From: Lama guanicoe
Lineage: Eukaryota
NCBI GenBank assembly: GCA_013239625.1
Contig: MU053557.1
Span: 2,696,123-2,760,122 of the forward strand
Length of the DNA stretch: 64,000 bases
Reading direction: 5' to 3'
Below are positions 25,637-38,600 of the stretch, in pieces. The position numbers and the translations under genes are program-made. The number at the start of each line of letters is the position of its first letter. The first letter of the stretch is position 1. The notes under the pieces were generated by a model. The model saw nothing but the letters and a program-made list of their open reading frames with translations, searched no databases and was not told where the DNA came from.

Positions 25637-27099
25637 CCAGAATCAGTATATTCCTTTAAAAATGTTCCTTATTTATAGATAGCTTAATTGCATTAAGTGC
25701 CAAAGAATGCACTGCTTTCTTTGTAATGAGTTTTTATGGTCTTAGTCTTTAGAAGCTCAGATTCCATCTGTGACAGCAGACTGTTGTAGGATTCTGCTAT
25801 TAATAGCTGCTGGTACACACTTACTCAGAGCTAAGAGGCCCAGGGCTGTAGAGACAGCCAGATGGAGATAATACCAGAGGGTGACTGTATGGACAAAAAA
25901 GATGATCTATTTTTTTTTCCAACACAAAACAGACAACACTAAAAACATGACAATCCTGTTTTACTGCAAGCCAAACTCTCTGAGGAAATTTTTTTTTTCC
26001 TTTGGAATTCTCAGCTCTGGTTCTAAATTACATGTCATTTATCATTCTTTCTGTTGTTCAAATAACTCCTTAGACAGGTTACAAAGACAAAAACATCCAG
26101 ATGGGTTAACAACCCTGATTTGGCAAAATGAAGTCCCAATAAAGAAAATCAGGAATAAGACAATTTGGTGATTATTCAAGGGAAAAATAAACTTTGACAC
26201 TGGGCAGTCTTCTGAATCAGAAATATTTTCTCTAACACAGAAAAAAAGGGACAAAAAATGGACTGAGTAGCACAAGAGATATTTCTTTATAGAAAGAAAA
26301 GACCAAAAGAAAAAAAAAGCCTGTTTAATGTGATTTAACATGATTATGGTCTAATTCATCTTTATTCTAATGGGAGGAAGAAAAATACACTCAAGAGTGA
26401 CACAGCTACCATGCTTAATGTCATGTCATGGTTCTTTGGGGCCAAAGCTTTATAAACACCGATTCTTTCTTTGTTTTAAAAAAAAATCTATAATAACCTG
26501 TCAAGTGATAAGAATAAAACTATTTTTAACATGTGATTCATCAGAAAACTGAATGGCTTAGTTATTTTGGTCGGGGTATCTTGTAAGTTGCAAAAAAGTG
26601 ATTTTTATTCTTTAAAGCATAGAAATGTTAATGTGAATGCTTGTATGCAATAGAAAACAATATCATTAAAAAATGGGCAAGGGATTAGCATATCTTCTTA
26701 TCTGGTCTGCAGCATCAGTAGAATCACATTGTTCTTGTCAAGCCAAGCACAGCTAAAACCAAGAGTCTCTGCTAAGACTTTGGGGGCTATGATGAGAACT
26801 CTCTCTGCTTGCCTACTTTAAGGAAATTCCGGGCAAAGTGGGGGATGGTGTGTTAAGTACTATTTCATTGAGATACCATATCAAGAGTTCTGAAAATAAA
26901 ACAAATAAAATCAACCTATACAAAAGAGGCACAGGTGACAGGTTCAAACAGAAGGATGCCTCAAACAATCCAAAGAGTTCTAGCCCATGAACCCCCATTT
27001 ATTCATGTAACTGTCCTTCCATTATAGGGCAGCATTATCTTTTTTAAAAATAAAAAACAGTCCTACAATTATGATTATCCATTTTTATTACAGGCAAAT

Positions 27100-27600
27100 A
27101 GGGTAATAATTTAGGTTCCAGAGTCATGCTGCATTGAGTTCACAATCTCTGTCTGCACCTTACTAGTTGTGTAAAACTGGGCAAGTTCTTAAGTCTCTAT
27201 TTTCTCATCAATAAATAGATACAGTAGGATTATGAGGGTTACATGAGATATGCTACATGAAACATATAGCCCAGTGCCTGGTACACAGTCAACACTCAAT
27301 AGCTGTTTCTTCTTCTTCTTCCTTTTGTTTTTCTTTTTGTTTATTATTTCTTTATATTTTATTTTCATTACTCCTATATGCACAGTGCTTCTAAAAGTGA
27401 GAAAGATCTGGGTTTGAATCCTGGCTGAGAGACTTTGATCAATATTCCTCAGTTCACTCATCTATAAAATGGAGCTAATTGTTATTACTCTCACACACCT
27501 TAGACAAATGTAAGAACTAAATTAGATAATTTATGTCATACACTGGACACACATCTGACACAGGTTAACTCCTGCATGGAAATTAGCTATTATGATTCCA
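27100..27600 (+). mobile_element. Two tandem MIR relics (~27100-27305, ~27380-27600)
   Basis: 'cttactagttgtgtaaaactgggcaagttcttaagtctct...cccagtgcctggtacacagtcaacactcaata' and 'ctgggtttgaatcctggct...cctcagttcactcatctataaaatgg'. Confidence 0.85.
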
Positions 27601-28438
27601 TCATCATAATCATATCCACTCAATAAGGTTGATGTTACACTTAAATGTAACAATGTCTATAAAGTACCAGGACAGTGCCTGAATCTTAAACTTTGGTTTA
27701 CTCTTCTTCTAGCTTGTTTAGCCAGGCTGCATGTATCACATGTTACAATTAACCAGTGGTATCTTCTGGTTACTTATAATTATTATAGTGATAGCTTTAA
27801 TATTCATTGTCTCCAAGGTCATTAGGTGACTTGCTACCATACTATCACTTCACAAAGCGATTGAGCTGTATGCATAAATATTCTCTGCCAACTAGATAGG
27901 GGAGATCCATTCATCCTCATTGCCATGTTTTCAATAATACCAGAGAGCCAAGTACTTAAAACATTTCCAGATACTTCCAGCCGATACTTCACAGGTTGCT
28001 TTTGCTTCTTACGTCATGTCTAGTATCATTGTTTCTGAAATTTCCGCACTGGATCATTGCTTTCAAATGCTTTCAACACCAATGTATCAAGCTCATCATC
28101 CGACAGAACACCTTACACACGTACCTGGCCTGCAGCACTTCGACAGAAGACATGCTACAAAGGGATTTTTTTAACCTACATTCCTAAGTAGCAGGGAGAT
28201 CTTGCTGTTCTGCTTTCCCTTTCATGAAATGTTTGCTAATGAGCTAATAATTTCATTGTCATCTTTAAGCCTTTCACTAGTCACAGCAAGAGTACATGCA
28301 AGAATCTAAGTAAGCCTAGTTCTTAGGCTGCCTTGAAACAAAACCTGTGTGTACCATCACACCAAATTCCCCTAGTCTGTTTGGATGCTAGCAATGGAAA
28401 CATAGCATTTTCCACCTAGGTTTTGCCTTCAATGTGAC

Positions 28439-28494
28439 AAGGCAGTGTGTAACTTCAGGGCATTCAAAGGCAGTGTGTAACTTCAGGGCATTCA
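28439..28494 (+). repeat. Perfect 28-bp tandem duplication
   Basis: aaggcagtgtgtaacttcagggcattca x2 (28439-28466, 28467-28494). Confidence 0.95.
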
Positions 28495-29084
28495 ATGGTT
28501 ATGAAATCTTGCACCTGACCTACTGTGGGGATGACATGTTGAAAGAGTGTCTCCATCCTCTGAGGCATTTTCATAGGAAGCTCTGGTGAATGGCAAGTAA
28601 AGAGACGGACCCCGGAGTGCTGTCAGGCAAGCCGTGTGTCTGTCTCTGTGTCTTTCTGTCTCTCTCTCTCCCCGACCCTCTCTTCCCATCCTCCCCACAG
28701 CAGCACAGATGACAACTTCAAACATTTATTATTATTGACCCCCTCGTCTCCTACGAATCAATAGTTGACATCCAAAGAACCAAATAATATTCAATGTGCA
28801 GAAGTGAAATAATTTTCACATAATGCTGTAGGGAAATTAGAGATGAATCATTATATGAATCAGTTTATCTCTAAGATTAAGAAATGACTGCCATTTCTAT
28901 ATCTACGCTAGGGTTTTAGCTAATGTGGCTCTAAAATGGCCCTGGTGAAATGCTCTTACTACCTCTCTGCTGACATTCATCTATTGTCTAATGATCTCCA
29001 TGGTAAAAGACTATTTTATGATATCTAGAATTCAAAAAAGGATACTTGTTACACATGGTAGATTATCTGTCTTCTAATAATAGA

Positions 29085-29340
29085 AGGAGCTAACATTAAC
29101 TGAGGCCATGCAATGTGCAGGGCAAGGTCTTAGGTGTTTTACATGCACAAGCCATTTCATTCTCATAATAACTTGATGGGTATAAGCCCCATTATTATCA
29201 TTCGTGTTTTATAAAGATGACGACAATGACATTTTGATAGAATGGGTGGCTTGACTAAGGCTACAACTAAGTCGTGGCAGAACTAGAATTTAGAATGATT
29301 CGATCTGAATCAAGAGCCAAAAGTCTTAACCCCTGCTTTC
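29085..29340 (-). mobile_element. MIR SINE relic
   Basis: 'gctaacattaactgaggcc...ggcttgactaaggctacaactaagtcgtggcagaactagaatttaga'. Confidence 0.75.
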
Positions 29341-30014
29341 CATGCCTTTCTAGATGAACTGAATGATTGTTTTGGTTTTGGTTTGGCTATAAATATTTCA
29401 CTATGTCTACACACCTAACATCCTTGTTATCAAGTTTCATTCTCCAGGCCCAGAGCTGTAAGTAATACTGGCTGCATTCCCCACAGGAAAAGTCATAAAC
29501 CTTTATGATTCTTCAGAAAGGTCAAACTCTGCTTTGTGTTCCCAAACCGGATTTCAGAAATCAGAATAAAAGATGATCTCAAAAAATTTTAAGGCCATAC
29601 TGGCCCATTTGTAGTTATACTTTGGTAGAAAAAAACCTTAATGACTAACAATAACCACATTTAGTATTGTATTTATTTTTTTCATGTATTATATTTCAAA
29701 AGAAAATAATTCAAAATGTTCCTTCAGGAAGATACTAAGAGATACCCTGTAGATTGCAAAAAGTAGCCAAGTTATAGAGAAACGGCAGAGACTGCTCTGA
29801 GCTCCTAGTCTACAACTTTATGAGGCAGCACCAAGCTCAAGATAGCAGCATTGCAAGGCAGGTTTAGCTCTAGAAAAGATGTTCACCTTCAGCTTGTCAA
29901 GTGTCCACAACGAACCTGGGGTGGAATGACCACTGCTTCACATCTCTCCTTTTCCTAAGTTTCCAAGACCTGGAGATGCAGAACAGCACATGAAACCAGC
30001 AAACTCAGTATATC

Positions 30015-30510
30015 CTAGCCCTCACAGTCTACAGATGAAGAAATAGAGGCTCAGAAAAGTGGCAAGCTGGCAGAGCCTGGCCTAGACCCAGGTTTCCAGG
30101 CTGGCCCTAAGCATCTCCCACCATACCATGCTTCCCTCTACTTTAGACTGCACAGTGCAGATAACCAGTAAAGGATTCATCATTTGCACTTGAGGCTAAC
30201 AGAATGTTCTCCTCTCTTCATGGCAGTAACCAGAAACTGCATTATGGTAAGGAAAACAGAAGCTAAATCTGCAAAGATATCCTGTATATCATGTGAATTA
30301 GAGCCTTAGGACCTGCGTTAGCATCCCAGCTCTACCAGTTGTAAGCTATGTGACCTTTGGTTAAGTAAAAAACTTCCTCAGCCTTGGTTAAGAAGGTGAT
30401 CATCACACCACCCATCTCACTGGGTTGTCTGTGATGTATAAATGCAACAGTTCAGATTTAATACTGCACAACATGTCTAGCACATAATAAACACTCAATA
30501 ACTATTATTT
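30015..30510. mobile_element. MIR relics (minus ~30015-30130, plus ~30290-30510)
   Basis: 'tacagatgaagaaatagaggctcaga...ggcagagcctggcctagacccagg' and 'atcccagctctaccagttgtaagctatgtgacctt...tctagcacataataaacactcaataa'. Confidence 0.8.
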
Positions 30511-31685
30511 TCATTTTCATTATTATTTTCCAAACTGTGACAGGAAAAGTCACTCTTAGGTCTCCAAGTAATTCTGCCCAATACTCCCTGCCCATTCAGC
30601 TACCAACAAACCCACTGCAGTCAACATACCAGTTGCTAAATTCTCAAATGGATGAAAACATTCTAACTCACTCCCCACCCCACCTACTTGGGAGTATGAG
30701 CTCCTGTGAAATCTCTTACAATACCTACTTTGGCTGCAGCCCACCACAAAGTCCTTAAGGCTCTTCACTGGGAAATATCTCTGGATAATGTGATAAGAAA
30801 GTCCCAGCCACAGCCATATGGTAGCAACGTATTGGCAAGTCTCCTATACGGGGTATTTTGTCAAGATTGTAGTATTGGATCCATGGCAAGAGTTGCCTTT
30901 ATTTTCTCATTTCCTTTGTTTAAGGTGCTGAGTCAGACCAAGATGACCCTGTTTGAAAATCCAACTCACTGGACTCCACTCATATTTTGTTAAGGTTGAG
31001 CTGATTCTGTGCAGCTCCTGGAGGAGTGCTGTTTGCCAGCTGTCCTGAGATGAATCCTTAGAGACTGATGCTCTCCCCGCTTCTAGACTCTTACCTTTCA
31101 GGGACGACAGTGTCTTAGAGGTTCTGTGGCTTTGCCTAATGAGCAGCAGCCAGATACCTGTCATTTGCAAAACTCAGACATCTATGCAACTCTGAGAACT
31201 GTCCCTGGTAGACACTAGTCATCACCAAAGGTCATAGGGCTAGATGCAGAGGCAGAAGCATCATAGGACACATTGTTTAGCCTAGTGCTTAGATCTTCTT
31301 TTCTTATGTAATTGGTACAATACCATCTTGGTGAGATAAGTTGACTTTTCAACAGTTTGCAGCCACTGAACTTGCCTTCTGCCTCAAAGACATTGGGAGA
31401 TTAAGTTCCCATTATATTCACAGGCCTCAGAATATTGCTCCTGTCCATCTATCCGTCCATGCATCCATTCATCCACCCATTCATTCAACAAATATGTATT
31501 GAAGACATGATGTTAGGCGCTATGACAACAAACTGCAGCATCAACAATAACGGTAAACGGTGTCCTGGAGGAGTTTAAAATTTAGAAGCGAAAATAATCC
31601 CTGTGACAAATATGTTCGAGTGTCACATGGGGGATGGGAGAAGAAAATGGTGTGGCCGTGAAGTGGCACTGTGAAGCACTGGGAC

Positions 31686-32194
31686 AGCACGTCCGAGAGA
31701 AATAAAATGCGGGCTACACATGCGATTCCAAATTTTCCAGTAAGTACATTAAAAAGTATAAAAATAGATAAACAAGATTATACTGTATAGCACAGGGAAA
31801 TATATACAAGATCTTGTGGTAGCTCACAGTGAAAAAAATGTGACAAAGAATATATGTATGTTCATGTATAACTGAAAAATTGTGCTTTACACTGGAAATT
31901 GATACAACATTGTAAACTGACTATAACTCAATTTAAAAAAGCATAAAAAGATTACTTTTTATTGCTTCTCATTATTTTAGTAATTAAATAATTTCATATT
32001 TCATTTAACCCAATATAACCAAAATATCATTTTTATGTGTAGCCAATATTAAAACGTTATTGATGAGCTATTTGTACATTTTGTATACTAAGTGTTCGAA
32101 GCCTGGTGTGTGCTTTACACTTATAGCACATCTCAAATGAAATAACCACACCTCACAGCAGCCACATACACGGTGACATCACTGGATAGCACAC
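31686..32194 (+). mobile_element. MER33 (hAT-Charlie), interrupted by an L1 3' fragment
   Basis: 'agaaataaaatgcgggctacacatgcgattccaaattttccagt...atttaacccaatataaccaaaatat...tactaagtgttcgaagcctggtgtgtgctttacacttatagcacatctcaa' follows MER33. Confidence 0.85.
31765..31935 (+). mobile_element. Severely 5'-truncated lineage-specific L1 3' end
   Basis: 'tagataaacaagattatactgtatagcacagggaaatatatacaagatcttgtggtagctcac...acaacattgtaaactgactataactcaat' plus A tail; flanked by aaaaagYataaaaa (31751-31764, 31936-31949). Confidence 0.88.
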
Positions 32195-33979
32195 CTCCAG
32201 CAAGTTCAAAAGAAGGAACAATAGCTTCCCGAATAGAGGAACATGGAATCACAGAAATTGATTCATGAGGAATCTGGATATCTGAGCTGAGTTCTGGGAT
32301 AAGTTTGCTCCTGAGCACCATGTCCCACCCTGCAGGAAAAGAATGCCTTTCTGAGTATTTTGTGAGCTTCTGATGAGAAGGTCCTATATTTGTATTCCTA
32401 AAAGTGAGCCTAGCATATATCCAACCTAGTGTTACAGTCTTTATCTACTGAATAAACATAAGAAAGAAAAATAAAAACAGCTGCCTTCCACTTGCTAGAC
32501 CCCATGTTGGTATTTTACATACATTCTAACACTTAGAATGCATTTGCAAGGAGCCACTAATATCTCTATTTTATAGGATAGGAAGCTAAAGCACGTGATT
32601 AAGCACATGTAGTTAAATGAGTCCCCAAGATCACAGAGCTAGAAAGAAGGGACGGGGAAGGGAAGGTGCAGACAACAGGAGAGAGAAGATACAGAGGGAG
32701 GGATGAGGGCCGACTACAGCATAGGGTTAAGGTAGGGCTGGAAACAGGACCCCGGGTACGTGAAATGTCTGCTCTCTGCCCCATCCTCATAGTGTGTTTG
32801 TGCGTATGTGTGTGTGTTGTATTAACATATTTATGACTAACATGTACTAGCTTGTCTAACAAATCTTAAACAATTCCTTATATATTATCCTTTGGACCTC
32901 CATTCTGTCTCTCCTGATAAGATTTCCTTGAAACAAGAAACAAAAGCAAAATGCTAGTTCCCAAAGGCAAAGGACATTTTGGGAAGTGAGAATTAAAGAA
33001 ATTCTAGTCAGAGGGTGCATAAGAGGTTTAGCCCAGTCTTCCCGACTCCACCCTCTTAGCATTTCCGATAACTGGCTATCCATCCTCCCGGTGTAAAGAC
33101 CATCTCCCAAGCCCGTCCCTTGCGCTCTTTGATAGGCTGAACACCAGAAGATTGCTGCACATACTGATCTCCAGTCTCCCTCTGTATAACTTCTAATTAG
33201 TTAGGAGCTGGTTCTACCAGGGCCCTATACAATACTCTTCTTCAGACAGATATCGCTCACCTCATCTCTTCCATGCCAGTGGGGGTGGCAGAAAAGCAAT
33301 TTTATTGTTTTTTATGCAGCACTTGAATTTAAAAAGCATAGATTCAAATTGAGTCCTAAAATGTAGATTCAATTTCTAAAAAATTAAAAATCACTTATTT
33401 GTGTCAGCTGGGAGTAAGTGTAAGAACTAGAGTTTGCCCCCGTAAAATTTAGTATCTTCTCCTTTTTACTATAGCTTAGGAAAAGGCTTTTAAATCTGCT
33501 GACCATGTGATACAGTCATCGGCAACCCGGAGAGCCAGGATTCTATTAAAAACAAGACTGCAGACCGGAACAATGAAACATGATAAAATTCTAACTTGCT
33601 GACCTCTTGGCAATGTTTGGACAGCCACTAACCCCTTACCCTGTGAAGAGGAGGAGACAAGACTAAGATGCCAATGGTGTCGCCGTTTCAGCAATTTTAT
33701 TCACCCTTCTTTCCAAGTGTTTATTTTTGCTTCCTTAGGGTATCAGGAAGACTGTGTTCTAACAGCTCCCAGTTCCTGGCGGAGTTGTTGCCAGGAAATC
33801 AAGTTTATCTTTAGCATCATCTCTGGGCAAAAAGCACAGACAGAGGAAAATGATATTTGGGGCCAAATGTTGAATACTTGAGTCTTATGGAGCCTGAGTT
33901 GAAAGAGAAAAGAGCTCAAATGAAAAGCTGATCATGTTGATTCTGTTTTTTCTCTACAAGAATTTCTAACTTCTATTTA

Positions 33980-34310
33980 GAGGAGAGTCAGCAGTGGAAA
34001 GAGGATGGGCTTCGACTACCAACAGCTTTGGGTTCAAACTCAGACTGGATCCATGGCTGCCCGATTGAGAACTCTTGGATAAATTTTATTCAACATTTAG
34101 TTGAATGATTCCTCTGGACCAGACACTCAGCTCTCACACAACTTACTTAATGTCTAAGTAAATTATTTACCTCTCTGAAATGCTTTCTTCATCTAAAAGA
34201 AGAAAATGCATTACTATTTGCAGGGTTCTTTTGACAGTTACCTGAGATAACAGATGTAAAATTATTCAGCTCAGTGCTTAGGTAAAGTTGTTGCTTGACA
34301 AATCTTAGTT
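33980..34310 (+). mobile_element. MIR relic (with a small insert)
   Basis: 'gcagtggaaagaggatgggctt...gggttcaaactcag...aaattatttacctctctgaaatgctttcttcatctaaaa'. Confidence 0.7.
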
Positions 34311-37300
34311 TCTTTTCTTTGTTTTTAGAATAACCAAATTAATCTCTCCTTTGAGTCAACTTGTGATTTAAAAGTACAGCTCTAGGACATAACCAAAAAT
34401 TAAAACCAACAGAAAGTTTCATGAAACCTAGACACTACCCAAATACCCCACGTATTTTGGGAGGTTCATCAACCATGACAGTCAGAATTCAAAAATTAGT
34501 CTCAGATTCTACCACTTCAAATAGTCCTTCAGACTTGTTTTATGCAAACGAAAAACAAATTGCCTTTCTCTTCAACTACCAGTAAATATGGTATATGTAG
34601 CATAGAAACCAGAGCTAGAAATGAGGCTGGAATATTAGAACTGCTCATTCAAAATTATCTTTTGATGGCCTATAATATGCAAGACATTGTAATGGAATTA
34701 GAGTCATAAAAGAACCAGATGTGTCCCTGACCTGATGAAGCTTACTCTCTAGTGGGAGAGATGTAATATATCCACCCTCAGGGAGACTACAAGCAGGAAA
34801 AGAAGACAAACATGCATTAAATAATAGCGGCCAATATTCTGTTTCATTAGCATTAAATTATGAATTAGAATCTCTAATACAGGAGTTCAGAAGAGAGAAC
34901 TTAGTCAAGGAGGACTTTGGGGAAAAAAAGTGTGATTTGAACTGAGATTTTCGAAGACTAGGGAGGATTAGTCAAGGTCTTCTATCCTCCCTGTACATAA
35001 AAATTGAATGCACCGAAACTCAAAGCAGAAGCTAGGTGCAACAACACCTTTTTCTGAACACACGGAGTTCTCTCTCCTCCTTAATTACTCACTAGTACAA
35101 ATTCTACCTGGTTCCATCTCATCCAAAGGGCAGCAGCATTAGCTACTCTTGGGTAAGACGTTAGGTATCATTGCAGTATTTTCAGAAGTATACTCTTTCC
35201 AACTGGCTCTGTTTCCGCTCACCTGCTTTCCCCTACTCCCTACCCCCACCCCCCCCCCAAAAAGGAAAAAGAAAAGCCCAGGTTAAATGCACTCTTTGTA
35301 TTTTCAAATTGTGAGAAATCCCCACTCCTACCTCCCAAACTTTCCTGTGGGCGAGAGGTAGTCACAACACGGGCAGCTAGGGCTGCCCCTCCTACTGGCC
35401 AGAAATGGAATCAGATCAGGGAAGGAAGGAAGGGGTTTGATGTTAGAAAGCTCTTAGAATTCTAAATCCTATTTGGACTGGACAGACTTCAAGGTGAGCC
35501 CTTTGAGATGATGGGGCTTCATCCATGTTTCTGGGCCACGTCATTCTGAAGCCAGAACCACCACTCTCATTTCTCACATGGGAAACATTATCGGCCCCTT
35601 GAACTACCTCACATCCATGCCTCAGTTATGCTATGCATATGTATTCACCTCAAATTTCTTTCATCTTGTAGATTAGAAATGCTTGATCAGCCACTGAGGG
35701 ATGAACTTCATGGGAACCTATGATCTCTCTGAAACTATATGGCCTATGGTAAGTTTACGGCTTTTTTAAAAGCATTTTTTGTCCCTGTGGATAACCTTAG
35801 ATTTCATCAAATTTTCATCAGATTTTCAAAGGGCTTCATAAGGCCTCCTGACTCCACTCCTCCCAGAAAGTTTACGAACCTGTACTTTAAATATACTAGG
35901 GTCAAATTTCTATTTATATCGTTTCCAAATGGCTACGCTCCAACCATAAGTCAAAGAGAAGGAAAAAAACATGTCAGTGTTTCTCATCTGCTAATAACAA
36001 TCAAGTACTAACTGTTGGCAAGTTTGGCTCCTAGATTCTCAATCAGCAAATTAGATCAAAATAATTTTTAAGTGCAAGTTTTTTTTTCTGTCCTTAATGT
36101 TTAAAAGTTACCCAGGTGTCAGACTCCGTGAATAATGACCAAGATGGGTCTTGAATCCATCATTTTTATTAGCTATTTAATGACACTTGGTAGTGTACTG
36201 AGGACTGTTCCCAGAGAAGTACATAAACCCAGTTACTTTGAGGCTTGTAATCAAACTGCTTTATCATAAGAGAGATTATGAAACTGCCCCCCTTCCCTGA
36301 GCAGGGCTAGAGTACAGCGGATGAGGTTTTAAACAGTCCCAAGGGAAATGGAGTCCCAATGACCCCAGATCCTATTTCATGCATTCCTGAAAAGGGGGCA
36401 TTATATTGGATTGGAAGGTCAGAGAAGTCACTGGAGTTGTCTCATAAGACAAAAAAGCACAAGTTAGAAGATAAAATCTCATTGTCCATTTTAACCACGA
36501 CTGACCATGTAACACTCCACTTCTCAAAGCCTCTGCTTACTCTTTTATGATTTGGAGATAGTTCTGCCTGTTTCATTTATTTTACAGAATCATCATGACC
36601 ATGAGATAAGGATTTGAAAAATAATATTAAAATATTCCCAAATGCCAGACAAATAAAAGGCCATATTCTTCCCTGGCATCTTTGGATTCTTGCTCCTCTT
36701 TCATCCACACTAACAAACTTTTGGCAGGACCCTCACCAAGATGTCACTATGCGTCTGCAAGCATTCATTTTAGGAATAGCCAACCATGTATCTATAAATC
36801 CAGAAATCACAGAGAGGAAGACTTACCTGCCTAGCTCCACTCTGTGCAACTTAATTTTTGGTAAAACAAATTGAGATGCCATTCACGAAGTACCCTGGAC
36901 ATTGAAAAACGCAATTCCATTGCAAAGGAAAGCCCAACAAAGCCAGCTGGATTTAGCTCCTATATGTCTTTCTTTTCATCACTTTGCATCTATAAACCAT
37001 CATATAGCCTCCATAAAACTTCTACATATCTAATTCCATCTTTCTCTCATTAGTAACATTGTGAGGTACAGAGAACAAATTTTCTTCCATCTTTCACTTA
37101 ACTGAAATTTTACCGTTTGCCTACACAGTGATCTGAGGTTAGGTCAGTCTTTGTAATCAGCAAGTCCTTTCACCTAAGATCCTTTCGATTTCAGAGCACT
37201 TAGAATAATATTCCAGCTCCTCACTATGATTTATTAAGTCCCAGAAGACTTGGCCTCTGACCACCTCTGCAGAGTCATTTCATGACCCTCTCTCCTCCCT

Positions 37301-37517
37301 TCAACAATGTTCAGCCATACCCATTTTCTCAGGATTCCTTCAAGAGCCTTAGGGCTCTTGCACATGCTGTTTCCTCTACTTAATCTACTCTCCCCAATTT
37401 TTTGTGTGGCTGATTCATTTTCATCCTTTATTTCTCAGCTTAGGTCAACTCAACTGAGATTATTTAAAGCCATTCCACCATGGGTACCCAGTATCTCAGT
37501 CTCTCTCATTTGTTTTC

Positions 37518-38600
37518 CTTTTTTTTTCTTCTTCTTTTTCTATTTACTTATTTATTTTCACTGAAGTAAAGTTGATTTACAATATTATATTAGTCCCCAT
37601 ATGTACTACATAGTGATTTAATATTTTTAGAGATTATACTTCATTCAAAACTATTACAAAATAATGGCTATATTTCTCTGTGGGGTACAACATCTTCTTG
37701 TTGCTTATTTATTTTACACCTAGTATTTTTTACCTCTTAATCCCAGACTGCTATCTTGCCTCCCCCAACTTTCCTCTCCCCATTGGTAACCATTAAACTT
37801 CTCCATATCTGTGAGTATGTTTCTGTTTTGTTACATACATTTGTTTTATTTTTTAGGTTCCACATATAAGTGATATCACAGTATTTGTCTATCTGACTTA
37901 ATTCACTAAGCATAGTACTCTCTAGGTCCATCCACATTGTTGCAAATGATAGAATTTCATTATTATTTATGGCTGAGTCATAGTCCATTGTGTATGTGTA
38001 TACACATACACCTCCCCCCACACACACACACTCCATCTTTATCCATTCATCTATTGATGGGCACTTAGGTTGCTTATCAGGGTACATGCATCTTTTGAAA
38101 TAATTGTTTTCAAGTTCTTTGGAAATTCCAGGAGTGGAATTGTTGGGTCATATGGCAGTTCTACTTTTAATTTTTTGAGGAATTTCCACAGTGTTTACTA
38201 CAGTGGCTGCACTAATTTACATTCCCACCACAGTGTACAGGAGTTTCCTTTACATCCTCAACAGTTTTTGTTATTTATGGCCTTTTGGAGGATAGCCATT
38301 CTGAGAGGTGTGAGGTGAGACATCATTGTGGTTTTGATTTGCATTTCTCTGATGGTTAGCAACAATGAGCATCTTTACATGTGCCTGTTGGCCATGTGTA
38401 TGTCTTCTTAGAAAAATGTGTAGTCAGGTCTTCTGCCCATTTTTTAATTGGGTTGTTTTTCTGATATTGATTTGTATAAGCTGTTTATATATCTTGGATA
38501 TTAACCTCTTATTGGTCATATAATCTGCAAGTATCTTCTCCCATTCAGTAGTTTGTCTTTTCATTTTGTTGATGGTTTCCTTTACTGTGCAAAAGCTTTG
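37518..38600 (-). mobile_element. L1 3' segment (poly-A tail, 3' UTR, ORF2 C-terminus), non-inverted part
   Basis: T-rich tail at ~37518-37560. The minus strand encodes decayed ORF2 C-terminal motifs (KSFCTVKETINKMKRQ; KQPKCPSIDEWIK; ILSFATMWMDLE). Confidence 0.93.

Noticed and set aside
35382..35400. CTCF-like motif (minus strand ggccagtaggaggggcagc); similar partial hits near 3315, 33275 and 60883
   Set aside because: Mismatches or spacing errors at core positions; not supportable without a matrix score.
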